Below are positions 36,322-50,115 of a stretch of 64,000 bases of DNA, piece by piece. The DNA comes from Schmidtea nova (lineage: Eukaryota). The stretch lies in NCBI GenBank assembly GCA_044892505.1, contig CM097883.1, positions 289,540,001 to 289,604,000 of the forward strand, written 5' to 3'. A model generated the notes under the pieces. It saw nothing but the letters and a program-made list of their open reading frames with translations, did not search any database and was not told the origin of the DNA. The position numbers were made by a program, and so were the translations under genes. Position 1 is the stretch's first letter. Every line of letters starts with the position of its first letter.

Positions 36322-39243
36322 TAGGCTTGTCAGGTGTACGTTATTTGAACGTGCCGTATGTTATTTTGGCTTACAAAATAAGAATGTACGTTATTTACGG
36401 AATTAGTGAAAACGTACCTAAAGGTACGTTTAATTACTGATTATATTTTAAGTCGCACACATTTTTTAAAAATTGTTGTAATTTAAATCAAATAGTATAA
36501 AAAATACGCGAAAAAGAAAACAAAAATCAAACATTTACATATTAAGAATATAGTTTCGTTTATATTATGCTGCTGGTTCGTTTATATTATGCCGCGTTTT
36601 TGTTTAAAGGGGAAAATTTACCATTTGTTTAAAGTTCAACTTTAATGAAGGAGCGTTTTTGTATTCTTAAAGTATTATTTCTGGAATATTTGTTAAAAAA
36701 AGTATTTAATTGTAAATCTTCTTTTAATTTTATTTAAGATCTATATATGATGGAAAAAGATATTGGTGTTTTTGGAATTTGTGCCATAAAATTAAATATT
36801 TAAATTTTTTGATTTGTTTTGTTATAATATAATTTTTGTCTAGTTCAACTTTAATGAAGCAGCGTTTTCGTATTCTTAAAGTATTATTTCTAGAATATTT
36901 GTAAAAAATAAAGTATTCAAATGTAAATCTACTTTTAATTTTGTTTAAGATTTATATATGATGGAAAAAGAAATTGATACTGACAGCAGTGAATACAACA
37001 CGGAAGATGAAAATCAAAATATTAGTGAAAAATCAAAAATAAAAAGACAACGTCGTATAAATCATTTTAACGATGAGTGGCCAAATTCTTATCAATGGCT
37101 GGTCAGAGTAGCAGGAAAACCCAATGCTGCCAAATGTATTCACTGTCGCACAGAATTTATCATTGTCGTATCTGGAATTCGAGATGTGAAACAACACATG
37201 AAAACAATAAAACATATAACCAACTTAAAAGCAGCATCAAGTTCCAATAGCCTAACTTCATTTTTTTCAGCCTCATCAACAATAACTTCATTAGGTAAAG
37301 AAATTAGCGCTGCAGAGGCTACTTTGTATATCACAGTATTCAGCATTCGCATAGCTTCAATTCATAAAATTGTACCAGTGCTTTATTGCATACTTTGTTT
37401 CCTGATTCAAAAATAGCATCCAATTTCACTTGTGGCCGTACTAAATGTTCAAAAATAGTAACAAATGTATTAGCAAAAGAATCCCAAAATTCTATTATTG
37501 CTAATATAAAAAGCAAAAATCTTCCTTATAGTATTTCTACAGACACATCTAACAAGGGAAATATAAAAATGTTTGCTCTAGTACTACGATATTTTTTGAA
37601 AGATGCTGGTGTTCAAACAAAACTTTTAAATTTTTTTGAGAGCTCAAGTGAAACATCACAGCATATTGCTAGTTCATTAATTAGTTATCTAAATAAAGCA
37701 GATTTAGATCCAAAAAGCATAATAAGCTACTGCGGTGATAATGCTAGCGTCAATTTTGGTCGCCATCAAAGTGTTTTTACTGAGCTCGGAAAAATAATTC
37801 CAGACATTATAGAAGTAGGATGTTTGTGTCATATGCTGTCAAATGCTGTTAAAAATGTTTAAATATACTGAAATTTGACTTAGAATGTATTATAGTTAAA
37901 ATATATAATGAGTTCAGCTCTCATACGAAAAGGAAGCAAACGCTAATGGAATTTTATGATTTTTGCGATATGGAAAACGCAGAAATGTTGCGCCATGTTC
38001 CGACAAGGTGGTTACCTCTTGGTCCGATCGCCTTTACAAAAATTTTGAGCCAATAAAATCATATTTCGATTCCAAATCTTCACCACCGGCATTAGTCATA
38101 GATTTCTTAAACAACGAGTTGTCAGAAGCGTATTTAGGTTTGCTATCCAATATTGGGTCAATTATTAAAACTGTAATATTAAAGCTAGAAGGTGAAGGTC
38201 CTGTAGTAATAGAAGTGTATGACTTGCTTGAGAATTTAAGGAATTCGTTAAAAACAAAGCTACAGCAAAAATTTTATGGTACTATAGCACAACATTCATT
38301 AGAAAAATGCAATAATGATACTGAAAAAACATTATTTCTCAAAAGAGCTTCTGCATTTTTAGAACAATTGATTCAATATATTGAAAAAAGATTTGATTTC
38401 ATTAATAATATGTACAAAGCTCTAAATGTTTTTAAATTGGTAGAAGTTCCTGTTTTTGAAGATTTATTAAATGTACTGAAGGTATTTCCTATAAAAAATA
38501 TTGACTTAGATGGTATATTTGAAAAGTAAATAATATTTAAAGAAATTATACCAGATCCAGATATACAGAAATTAACATATGAAGAAAAATGGTTAAAAAT
38601 ATTTAAAACATTTAATTCTCCAAATACGCTTAAAATTGTAGAATTTATTTTTGCGTTACCTCATTCCAACGCGATGAGTGAACGCATGTTTAGTTTAATG
38701 TTTTATGCTTGGAGATCAGATAGAAGTCGTCTCCTTATAAAAAATATAGAAGCTGAAATCCTCGTGAAGCATAATTTTAATATGAATTGCAAAGAGTTTT
38801 ACAAATATGTGATTCAGAAAGATGAATTATTAAAAAAACTTAAAGGAAATGAAAAATATACCTAATCAAATTATAATTAAATGAAGTCCTTGTGATTTAT
38901 TTTTAAATTGTTATACTATTAATATAATTAAGTTTTTTTTAAGGGCAGAATTAAAGTCTTTGTTATTTGTTTTTTAAATTGTTAAATTATCATATAATTA
39001 ATTTTATTATTTTATTGAAGTGATATAATTAATCTTTTGTTAAGGCAGAATTAAAGGCATTGTGATTTATTTTTTAAATTATTTTATTTTTTAAAATAAT
39101 TTAATAATTTTATATATAACATATTTACTGATAATTATAATAATAAAAAAAATTACATAACATGTATCTTTAATTGTTTTCTTTTTTATGCTGATCAATT
39201 TTTGTATGTACGTTTTTTTCGAAATTTTTATCTGGCAAGCCTA
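36322..39243 (+). mobile_element. hAT-superfamily DNA transposon, near full length, frameshifted transposase (36958-38865)
   Basis: TIR TAGGCTTG(T/C)CAG at both ends; N-terminal Zn finger (AKCIHC...DVKQH...H), STDTS, GDNA, CLCH, C-terminal SNAMSERMFS dimerization motif; no 8-bp TSD retained. Confidence 0.85.
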
Positions 39244-39297
39244 CGGGGACACATCCTACTACTACTACAGCCTCGGCAAAAGTTCAATAATGTTAGA

Positions 39298-41935
39298 TTT
39301 GTTGGGCAAAAATTGCAATTTGTTTTAATACAGCGATAACCCCATAGGTAGAGAACGCGCAAGATTCCATTTTTAACCCTAGCATCCATTAAAAATCCAA
39401 CAATTAAGTGGAAAACACCAAAAGGTGAAGTGGAATCAAAACACATCAACCGGTAGAGTACGCGCTAGCTGCGAATTTGTAAGTCTTTTCACTGAAATCT
39501 CGAGAAAAACTAAATGCAGAACGTTTGGAAGTTAGAATAGGCGGAAAACCCATTGAAAATGCCCATAAAGAACAGAATTTTGTCATAAACCTTCAGTGCA
39601 GAAAAATTAACACAATTTTAGAAAAAAATTGTGAATTCATCACAAAATTTCACATTTAACAATAGAAAGAATTAATATTGATCGGAATATCATAAATTAA
39701 ATCAAAACGAACAAATTTCGATTTAAAAATAAAGATTTTGAATTAAAATAAATTATTTATGGTTTAATAAAAATTATTATATAAAAATATGGATTTAATT
39801 TTTGGAAAATCATTAGAATTAATTTAGAGAAAATTCTAGAACAATTTGTTTTATTGCACCAGTGAAGATAGGGCAAAATCGATGGTATATATACTGCCAT
39901 CAAAATGGAAGGTATCGGAATTTGTGGAAAAATTTCAGAATTTGTGGAAGAATTATTTTTATTTTTTTGGTAGAAATTTGCAGAAAAGAAACCGAATTTT
40001 GATTAGCTATTTGGACCGAAATTTGAAATTTGCAGATAAGAAACCGAATTTTGATTAACTATTTGGACCGAAATTTGAAATTTGCAGAAATAACCGAATT
40101 TTAATTAACTATTTGGACCGAAATTAGAACCTTCCGAAGAATTTGTTCTAAAAGTTTCCTTTCCGAAAAAATTGGAGTGGACAAACGTAAGGGTTTATTG
40201 GATTTTTTAAAATTATTTTTATTGGGGATTGGAATTGTCGTTTATCATGCCTAACGATCCTTCCATTCCTCGCCCTTTGTTATTTAATATGTTGTTTATT
40301 ATTTTATTAATTATGTAATTTTATATTATTAAAATATTTAATGATTAGCAGCTTAGCTTTTATCAATTTTTTCTTGTTATTATTACTATTATTATGAGTT
40401 ACAAATTCCCAACATAAATCAGAAAAACTATTTTTCATTGCAAGTAGTAAACTGGATAAAATAATGAAAAATAAAGAATTTTTTTTTCTCCCATATCTTC
40501 TGACGATCCGTCCAGCCTTGCGTTGTGCGGATCTGTTAGTAGCCTGGGTGGTTCGTTGTCTGATTGGTAATCGGCCAGTCCATATTTCCACTTTAAGGTG
40601 AGGCTCATACATCCATAATCACGTCATCCCAACTGGGGAATCGTGGTATGGCCAAGGGCAAGGATTTGTTATACTAATGATCTTTATTATAATAGAGTAG
40701 CATATTCTTATTATTTTACATAAGAAATTTCGTAATACAACACAACATTTTCTAACTCATGTCTTGAAATCTAAAATAGGAAATATTACTGATTAAAAAT
40801 CGACTCGCACTCACCTTCACCTTCACTCTCAACAACCGTCATCTTATGAGAAAACGCAAGAAAAATGGAAGCTAATGATGAAAAGAAAATTGTTCGAAAT
40901 AATGCTCAAAGCTAGTATAATGATCACGAAATGAAACGAATTGTGAAACAAGTATTGATTTGATCTGAATTAAACTCATTATTGTCTAAAAAAGTTTCTC
41001 CTGTGAACCTTGTTTTCGAGAGCCTGAAGTTCCTAAGTGAAGCGTCCCGAAAAAATTCGCGCGCACTTTAGTTGGGAAATTCATGCTCAACGAAACCGAA
41101 ATTCATTTTGCTCGATATCGAAAAATATTCTTTGAAGAATTTATAACTTATTTTAATTTTAATTTTTATTCCGTATATAAAACTTTTTAGGTTGAATGCT
41201 TATTTGGATTTCGAAATTTATGGATGAAAATTTATTGTTATTATTATTTCATTTTGATCAAAAAATAAAAATTTACTTTTATTATGTTACAAAATTATAT
41301 AACGAAAGATTTTGAACCAAAAATTTTCTAAGGAATCTACACATCAAAGACTATATCGAAACATTGGAAACCGAAAATATTATATAAAAGATTTGATCAT
41401 TTTACAAAATCCCAGAGAATTGCAAATCAAAAGTTATATCAAACCCCATAAAAATTATAGATCAAAATTTTATTATTATATTAATAATTTTTATCATTTT
41501 ATAAAAATCTGAATTCGAGATTTTATAGAAAAATTTTATGATTAATATATCTATTCTTAAAATATAAAATTTAAATTCAAAAATCTACATCATAAAAATT
41601 ATAAATTTTATCATTATTTAATTTTCATAAAATTATAAATTATAAATTTGTAAATAGTATTACAGAAAATATTATATTAATTTTAAAAATATTTTTATAA
41701 CTTATATATAATATATTATAATTACCCCCCACGATATCTAAAAATCATATTGCATCCTTATTTGCAAAAAATTACATCCATTTCATTCAATAACCTCTTC
41801 CATACTAATACACAAGCAACATTTATTTAAAACATAATGTACACACATACACAGTATCATTCAATAACATTCAACAATTGTACACACACAAGCAAACCAT
41901 ACCGAAAATTTCGCTCAGACCAGTTAGTTGGCATC
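39298..41935 (+). repeat. ~2.6-kb noncoding core of the long-TIR family, copy 1
   Basis: Colinear and diverged relative to 53362-55915. Confidence 0.85.
39975..40125 (+). repeat. Three ~45-bp tandem repeats
   Basis: AACCGAATTTTGATTAGCTATTTGGACCGAAATTTGAAATTTGCAGA repeated; absent from core copy 2. Confidence 0.8.
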
Positions 41936-43579
41936 GCACGTCTAACCACACTCACAAGCACTCCATTGTTTTCAGTCATAGATCATAGAATCGCACGCAA
42001 ACACGATAACAATACAATCATCCAAACCTATAACAATATTACACACAATCACTCCATCTCACCTCACTAAATACCATATAAAACTTCACCAAAAAATTCA
42101 ACATGCCAACTCACAAATTCCCCTGAATACTATAATCGTTAATTCGTATCCATATGAAATGACATATCTCGCTCATCCATACCTTCACCAACGACAAAAC
42201 CCTTCTATATTCCCCAAAGGATCTTCCTACCTAACCTCCACATCAAACCTCATACCCATGTACCCCTTTTTAGTCCATCCGCAACATTCTAACGGCGTAT
42301 TCATGAAGTGGCAGAAAGTATTTTCAATCTATTATTAAACATCATGATAATAAAATATCTTTAACAAAGTGCCGACATTCACCTTTTAAATATTGAAATT
42401 ACTTAAAATTTTTTTTGTAATAACATTTGAGAAAGAAAAAAAGAAATACTCTTGAACAATTTTATTTTACCCGAAAAATAAAAAATAAAAATCATATAAA
42501 TACCATCACAGAGTGTTCATTAATCAATGGGAAAGCCTCAGCATAATATCATGTCACTTGCTGAAATTCCACTTAGAAATTGAGCGAAAATATCTCAGAT
42601 TCGGTTGGGATCCATTGGGACAACAAGTGTATATCCGTCGAGTGAGATAGAGAGATCTTCATCTGTTGTTTTTGTTTTTATTCCAACGAGTAATTCCAAC
42701 ATTAAAAACGGGATGTTCGAGTAGGCATATACAATATAATGTTTATTTTGGTTGAAATTGCGATGAATTTGAGAATCAAGAGCTTTTGTGCAACGAACAT
42801 CGATTGAACGGGACACTACAAACAAATTTTAGATTCTAGGTTTAAATTAAAAAATTAAGGATTACCCATTCCAAGGAAAATATTTTGGCGATTTTGTTTG
42901 GAGTTCCAGTTCTGAAAATAAATAATAAATAAAATCAATAATTTCACTATACGAAATTAAAAGTGTACATTAAATTGACCAATGAAAACTTATGAAATCT
43001 TGTTCGTCGGTTATATAGTTTTCTTTTAGTCAGGAGATTTTAAACATTCCTGATGGGTAGGTGATTCGGATCCGAGTTCCTAAATTGGAATATAATTTTT
43101 AACTTAAAAGTAATATTGAAATTTGTAAACTGTAAGATAAATATATAACTTAATTAAACGAGATATTAGAATAATCTCGTTGTTGCCTGTTGCTAGGGAC
43201 GCGGCAAAATTTCAAAAATTTAAATAAAATTTTTTCTAATAAAATCAGAAATATATATATTAAAACTGCAAGATAGACATTAGGGATAAGGAATAAGTGA
43301 AATATCGTTAAATTTATCGACACAGAAATATACGAATTTAAAAATCTTGAAACTAATAATGAAGTTTAGTTAAAATCAATAAAAATCAAATACCTTCAAT
43401 AGATGTGTTGATAAAAGGTTTTCCCTTTTGATTTCCCGGATTGAGGCTCGATGGGCATACCCATGGAAGATTCGTGGTCAAATATGTGTTTATTAAATTT
43501 TCATGAATGATGATAGATGTTGAAATTGTTGTGCATTAACTATGCTCGACATGTACTAAATGCTTGCATACTTTTAGAA

Positions 43580-44153
43580 ATGAACCCAATACAACAGCTC
43601 GAGAAGATCCGCACGTTATTACTCGACAACGCGAGACATAACAAGAAGGTCGACGCACGTTTGGCCGAACTAGAAGCCAAAGGCGCATCCAACTCTGACG
43701 CACTCCAGCTGATGACCAGCCGAATGGAGAAATTCCGGGCCCGCTGTCGCGAAAAGGGAAGCGACATGGTCCGATAAGGAGACGGTGGATCGGCTGAAGA
43801 AATAGAATCAGCTGCTAATGCAACAGGCCGCCGAAGACGCAATGAGATTGCGGGCGTGTCGGGTATCAATGCGAGAACAGGAGCTCGTCAACCAAAAACG
43901 ACAGGTAGATAGTGGCATCATCGCGGCCATACTACCGAAATCTCAACCTCCACCTCAGGAATTGTTCCCGGTGAGAGTGGAGGAAGAAATCACAGTAGCA
44001 GCGGCTCCGACCAAGCCAAAACAATGGAGGCCCAGTAAAGGAACCAGGGCCAGAAACAAGCGCCGTCAAGAAGCACGAATACTAGGCCAATTGAGGGCAG
44101 AGGCCTCAAAATTTGGTGATCTGCACATTGACTTGACAAGTGCACGTTTTTGA
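43580..44153 (+). pseudogene. GC-richer coiled-coil ORF pair of unknown family, probably one disrupted gene
   Basis: ORFs 43517 and 43818 are bridged by KETVDRLKK*NQLL in the second frame; AATAAA follows. Confidence 0.45.
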
Positions 44154-44352
44154 GTTGAATTTCTAATAAATGTCGTTTTATGCTGTAATTATAAGTTTTT
44201 CAATTAGTTTCTTTTGTGTGATTGAATGGGGATACCGATAAAAATAAAAGCACTTGAATAAATTAACTGATTAAAAAATGGATCACGGTTTAGCGAAAAT
44301 ATTCAAATGAAAATCTCGTATGAAGAATCTACAGCGATAGAGCGGTTAATTT

Positions 44353-44590
44353 AAGAGGACAAAAATGGGCATTAAACCTTCTATTGGTAGCCTTTGGACC
44401 CAGGAGATATTCGGTCAATCATAGTTTCGTATTGACGACGCTCACTGTTTGCGAATACCCACCCACTTGTTACAGTACCAACGTTACATAGTGACGGGTA
44501 ACAAGATGGTTATTTCAATGTTTTATGTGTTGAGTTGTTGATGAGAGCCATAGTAACGTCAAGGTCATATTGACGATCAACAACCCACCA
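44353..44590 (+). repeat. Structured TIR module copy
   Basis: Nearly identical to 56780-57018. Confidence 0.9.
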
Positions 44591-45101
44591 GATTGTTGAT
44601 AAAAAAACATTCTGTCTAAATAAATATTATAAAATAGGACATAATAAATATTTGTGTTAAAAAATAAATATCAAAACTTCCATTTGAATATATGCCAATT
44701 TAACCAGATCTTTCAATTGGCCAAATACCATAATGTTCAGATTGAATTGCACCATCTTTGATTTAGAGATTAATATTTTATTTGACACTAATTGAATTAT
44801 ATCATTTGAGATTTAGACATTTATATTTTATGTTGACATTACTTAAATGGTATTAATTTTGTAATTTTTGAACCCAATAATAAAAGTTTGATATCAAAAT
44901 TTTTATATTTAAAATTGGATTTTGTTTAAAAAGAAAATAGCACATCTAAGTCTATCACTTATAATATTAATTTCGCACCCGAAAACTAACCCGAAATATA
45001 AAATCCCATGAAAAACTGTTCTTAATAAATTTAATTTAAATAAATAAATTTACTAATTAAATAAATGAATAAATTTAAAATAAATAAATGAATATAAACA
45101 A

Positions 45102-45491
45102 ATAATTACCAAGTTTTGTTACTTCGGTCAAATTGGTTTCAATTTCCTGTTTAATATGATTTTCATTTATCGACATTGTTGAATGTTGGAAGAAAACCAT
45201 TTCAGAGGAAAATAAGCAGATTTTATTATAATGTTTTTATTCGGTAGTACATTAATGATGTTTATCGGATCGTATTTTGCTCTCATTTTCCTTATACATG
45301 CGTTTACAATTATGATTGTCTATGTTTTGAGCAGGTGCAATCCATTCATTCGAATGAACTTTTTCGGATTGTTTAATTTCTATTTACCATATTTGCCATG
45401 GATTTTATTAGGGTTTTCATTTCTATTGAATAAAAGTGTTATAGTTGACGCTGTTGGAATCGGAATTGGTCATCTATACTATTTCCTATAA
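45102..45491 (+). pseudogene. Derlin-2/3-like fragment with two in-frame stops
   Basis: [38 protein letters not shown]...[25 protein letters not shown]...LPWILLGFS...GHLYYFL matches the DERL2 pattern; both ends missing. Confidence 0.88.
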
Positions 45492-45508
45492 TAATGAAAA
45501 TTGTGGAG

Positions 45509-46175
45509 TATTTGGGATGATTATTCAGTGCTGTTAGTCTGACTCTTCGGTGTTCTTTAAATTTGATTTAATGAAATAACAGAACACAGAAGAATTTATT
45601 TGCAACTATCACAATTTTTTAACACACAAAGTCTCTGTTCAAAATTTCACAATAACTTTTATGGAACTGCTTCTCCAACTTAGAGTAGGGATAAGTCTCC
45701 TAAAGGAAGATCTTTCTTTCTGGTACGCTTGAAGAATGAATTTAACTTTTTAATTGTCGCTCCTTACTCTGTAACGGATTCTCTCGTTCTGAATTCACTT
45801 ACTTTTTGCTTCGACCATTCTGGCCAAATTTGATGTTTGTCTTTCATTTTTATACTGCTCCTGCTGATGGATTTTCCACTCTGCTGAAGCTGCCTGATGA
45901 CAATTTCAGATTTGACATTTTAATTTCCCATCTGTCGGTTGCGTTCTCCGGGTCTCCTCTAAACTTAATTTTCTCAGGAATTATTACCTGTCATATTGCT
46001 TGTCCGGGTTTCTCACACTCTTCGGGCTCTCCATTAGCTCTAGTTTCTAATTAGCCAATTAATTATATTATTTTCTCATTGTACACTGTTATATTTTTTA
46101 AAATAAAGTTTCTTAAACAGTTATATTATTTTATTTATATACTAGTAACCGAAGTTGAGTTAATAACATCAAACA
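45509..46175 (-). mobile_element. Diverged solo LTR related to the 3381 LTR
   Basis: Reverse complement shows GAAACCCGG motifs, TATAAAAA, GGTCGAAG, AAGAACAC...GAGTCAG and an AATCATCCCAAATA-like end; no clear TSD. Confidence 0.7.
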
Positions 46176-46276
46176 CAAAAACTTAGCAAGAATTTAAAAG
46201 TAAATATTTACTAAAATCAAATATAACTGTTAGGAGAGAATGGTAACCTATTTTAAGTGACAACTAGACCTTAAAT

Positions 46277-47899
46277 TACGGTGACCATACGTACCACATT
46301 GTGTGGTACAGTACAACATTTTGAACAGGCGTCCAACATTGTCAACTGCACCACATTTTGTACCACATTTAAGTCATTTCATTAATATATCGATTTAAAA
46401 AATTATCAATCATTTTTTGTAAAAGTTTTAAGTTTACTGGGTTGTTTTAGGAGTCGATATATTAATAACAAATATATCGATTTTAATTTATATCGCCGGA
46501 AGGAACGACAAGTAAATTTCTTACAAAACCCTGTTTGTCAATTCACATAACTATGACATCTTTGACAGTTTAATATTTTAATTTAAATGCACTTGATAAG
46601 TAGGCTGTGTGGCTGTGTTTTAACGTGAAAAAAAATGTAATTAAAAATTCGGATGCGATTTTTTAAATATCAGCTTTATTATTATTTATTTCAACAATAA
46701 ATTGTCAATTTAATTAAATTGTAAGTTAAAAGTAATAATTAATAAATATTTTATTTTCATTAAAAAAAAATTCTTGAAGGATAAGCGATAATCATGTCAT
46801 CAAACGTAAATGTAAAGAGAAGAAAATGTACTTTTACTGTTGAATTAGCAAAGGAATTTCCATATATCACCAAATGTTATAAAGAAAATGACACCAAACT
46901 AAAATGCGGCAAATGTTATGGAACATTTTCTATTACTTCGGGAAGATACGACATAAATCGACATTTGCTATCAGAAAAACATAAATCTTCAGTGGCTGCA
47001 GCAGCTTCATCAAATAATATTAATAATTATATTATTAGAAACGAATATGGTGATAAAGAAAAACAGATAGCCATTGCTGAAGCAGTATTTGCTTTCCATA
47101 CTGTTAATCACAACCATAGCTTCAGGTCGATGGATTGCACGTCCAAAATTTTGAGAAAATTATTTGACAACAAGTTTAAGTCTGCCAGAACAAAAACGGA
47201 AGCTATAATCAAAAATATATTTGCTCCATATTCAATTGGCTTAATTCAAACAGAAATGGAAAAAACAAATTTTTTTACTATATATTCTGATGCTTCCAAT
47301 CACAAAGATATTAAATTTTTCCCAACATTAATTCGTTATTTTGATTGGAAAGAAGGAATTAAAATCAGAATGCTAGATTTTTTATCATTACGAGGTGAAA
47401 CTGCTGAAATGATAGCAAATTCAATCATTGATATATTAAAAAAATTTAATTTATCTTCAAAATTGGCAGCTTATTGTGCAGACAATGCAAACACCAATTT
47501 CGAAGGATTAAACCGAAAAGATGGTAAAAATGTTTTTACAATTTTGAATAAAAATTTAAGCCAATCAATCGTAGGAATAGGCTGTGCTGCCCATATTGCA
47601 CATAATTATTATGTCTGTGAATTGCAATGTTGTTAAACATGTTATTTTATTTATTTTTGTTATTTAATTATATTATTTTGAATTTAAAATACTGTACTGT
47701 AACATTATAACATTTAATTTATGTTATTTTCTACTTCTACTTAATTGAATGAATTGTTGACAATTACTTAATTTTTATTAAATTTAAATAAATTTGTGAT
47801 ACAATAAATATGTGTCATATATAAATTAATATTTTTTTTTATTTTTGGAAAAACCACCCCTCTGTACCACATTCACTATCAAGAAATCTGGTCCCCGTA
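46277..47899 (+). mobile_element. Internally deleted hAT element with 8-bp TSD CCTTAAAT
   Basis: TIR TACGG(T/G)GACCA; perfect TSD at 46269-46276 and 47900-47907; ORF 46794-47636 is the N-terminal half of a transposase similar to that at 36958. Confidence 0.92.
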
Positions 47900-48226
47900 C
47901 CTTAAATGGAATTTTTCGTAAATCTAATAAATTTGAAAATTAACCCTGTATAATCTTCTCTTAAAATTGATTAACTATAAGAAATCAGCGCTATTTAAGT
48001 GGTGAGATTAATAATAAAATACCCTGAACAACGAGTTAGCGTTCCAACGTGAGTGGTGAATGGATGTTCTTCAGAGTGATGTTGGAATGGTCATATGCTG
48101 GTAAACCAAGTAAACGTATGAAAACGTTTGCCTTTTTGGGACTAATTAATTTTTTCCCTGGAAATTAATTTTTTAGTGATCGAAATTTAGGTGATACTCA
48201 TTTTAGACGCAACTGATCGATCAAAT

Positions 48227-49270
48227 TGTTGAGGATACCTAAATTAGAAATAATATAATAAATAAACAAAATTACTTTGGGGAAAATCGTCATGGGGAAT
48301 GACACGATTGATTGGAGCCTGGGAAAGAAAACAGAAATAAAAAGGAATGAGAAATGAGAAGGGGAAACAAAAGAAAAGAAATCAGACAAGCGAAACGAAA
48401 TAGAGGTCAGCACTAATTAACTAGTGCAAATAGGAAGAAATTCTAAAGTTGGAAAAAACAAAAAACAACAACAAGAATTTTATCTCGACAACCGGTCAGA
48501 GATAATGTGGGCAAAAATCAAACAAGCCGGAGCGGTAAATAGGAAAAAAAACAGAGGTTATCTTGACATCTGTCAAAGATAACTCCGTTGCTGAGAAGAT
48601 GAATGGGATATCATGTTGGAAAAAAAATGGAATAACAGCTGATAATTTTAAGTGCTACAAAGTGAAGAGGTATAAAAGGAGGAAGCACCTCAGAAAACAA
48701 CACAACATTGTATACAGAAGTTGTTAGAGAAACATTGTAGATAGAATATTTGAGAGACAACGTTTGAGACAGAACATTTGAGAGAACATATTTTGCGGAG
48801 AATTTTTGCGTTTAAAGACTGAAGTCAGAGGAAAACAGGAGAAATTTGAAGCAGAAAAACGTCCAGAGAAAGTTAAAGAAGAGTCTAAAGGAGAATCCAA
48901 CAATTGAAACCAGAAACTAAGGGATAAGCAGCAGGAGTTTGAGAAAACAAAGCTAGTAAAATTCAGCGGGTAAATCCAAGTCAAACTAAAAAAATAACCA
49001 GTCAAATTACCAATTGTTATACTCCCCAGCAGTGAGTGATTTCGAATATCGAGTATAAACTAGTGCTATTCTTCACTATAGTGTCGAAATAAGCACTGTA
49101 GAATCAGCTGTAGTTTGAATTTGGTCAGTTCATTGTAAATTGAAGTTATTTGTGATATTCAATAAAATTTTCCTGCTGTCAGTTGTTATTGTGGGTCAAT
49201 TAAGAGCACGTTTGGAGTCAGGGTAATAATTTCTTAATTATAAAGTCACCAACAACCCAATAACCCAACA
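48227..49270 (+). mobile_element. Solo LTR with 4-bp TSD AAAT
   Basis: TGTTGAGG...TAACCCAACA; AAAT on both sides; GGTATAAAAGG box, AATAAA, GGAGTCAG near the end. Confidence 0.82.
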
Positions 49271-49436
49271 AAATTAACATCCGACTCGACTGAGGGCTTG
49301 TGAAAAAAACCTCAAACAAATTTGTCCAAAATCCTAAAACTTTGATATAATGGTGACGTATGATTTTAGTAAGTTTGTTGTGTTTGTTGATATACTACGT
49401 CTGTCTTAAATGGATCCTTGTATAAATTTGATTTTG

Positions 49437-49743
49437 TTAGTGTTTCAATGTTCGGAAATATCCATTTTGATGTAGAAATAAATTCTTATCGATGTGAATA
49501 TTTATTTAAATTGCCGATTAAAAATCTTTTTGAAGGCTTAATTGTTAAATTTGGGACTCAAATGGGCATTAAACCTTCTATCGGTAGTCCTTGAGCCGAG
49601 GAAATGTTCGGTTAATTATTGTTTCGAATCTTTTGAAGCTCACTGTTTGCGGACATCCACCCATTTGTTGCATTACCAACGTTACATTGAGACTGTCAAC
49701 AAGATGGTTTTGACTAATGTAACAACTAATCAACAACCCACCA
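49437..49743 (+). repeat. Diverged, partly deleted copy of the long TIR
   Basis: Aligns to 56659-57018. Confidence 0.8.
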
Positions 49744-50115
49744 AACCCCTTTAATGTTATTTTACTGCCTATTGCTCTATCATGCATTTTGAATTAGTTT
49801 CTTTTTGTATACATTTAAATTTTGATAAATTTAAACAAAATTTATTTTCGTTTCTGCCAGTCCAATATCTGTGACATTATTTAAGTACAACCCCTGATGT
49901 AAAATTGTAATATCAAGAACCATTTTGTTCCTCTATTTCTTTATAAGGGCTTTCAAAAGAGAGTAAAGACAGAAACATTTACTTGATTATATCTTAATTA
50001 ATTTTATTTATTCTCGATCCACACTGGCACCACTACTGCGTATTAGAATTTCTTTATAATATTTAAAATGGATTTCTATTATTAATAATAATTTGGAAAA
50101 TCTATCTCACCATAA

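Noticed and set aside
39241-39252. TACGGGGAC resembling the second hAT family TIR at the right end of the first hAT
   Set aside because: Only 9 bp, overlaps the first element's TIR, and there is no further homology.
42595-42825. APE-endonuclease-like ISLDGYTL motif on the minus strand
   Set aside because: One short motif only; other APE motifs absent.
10805-45491. Alternative genetic code suggested by in-frame TGA/TAA in Angel, Derlin, pol and exonuclease ORFs
   Set aside because: Stops align with different expected residues and co-occur with frameshifts; the intact 351-aa ORF at 50116 uses no internal stop codons. Ordinary pseudogene decay explains them.
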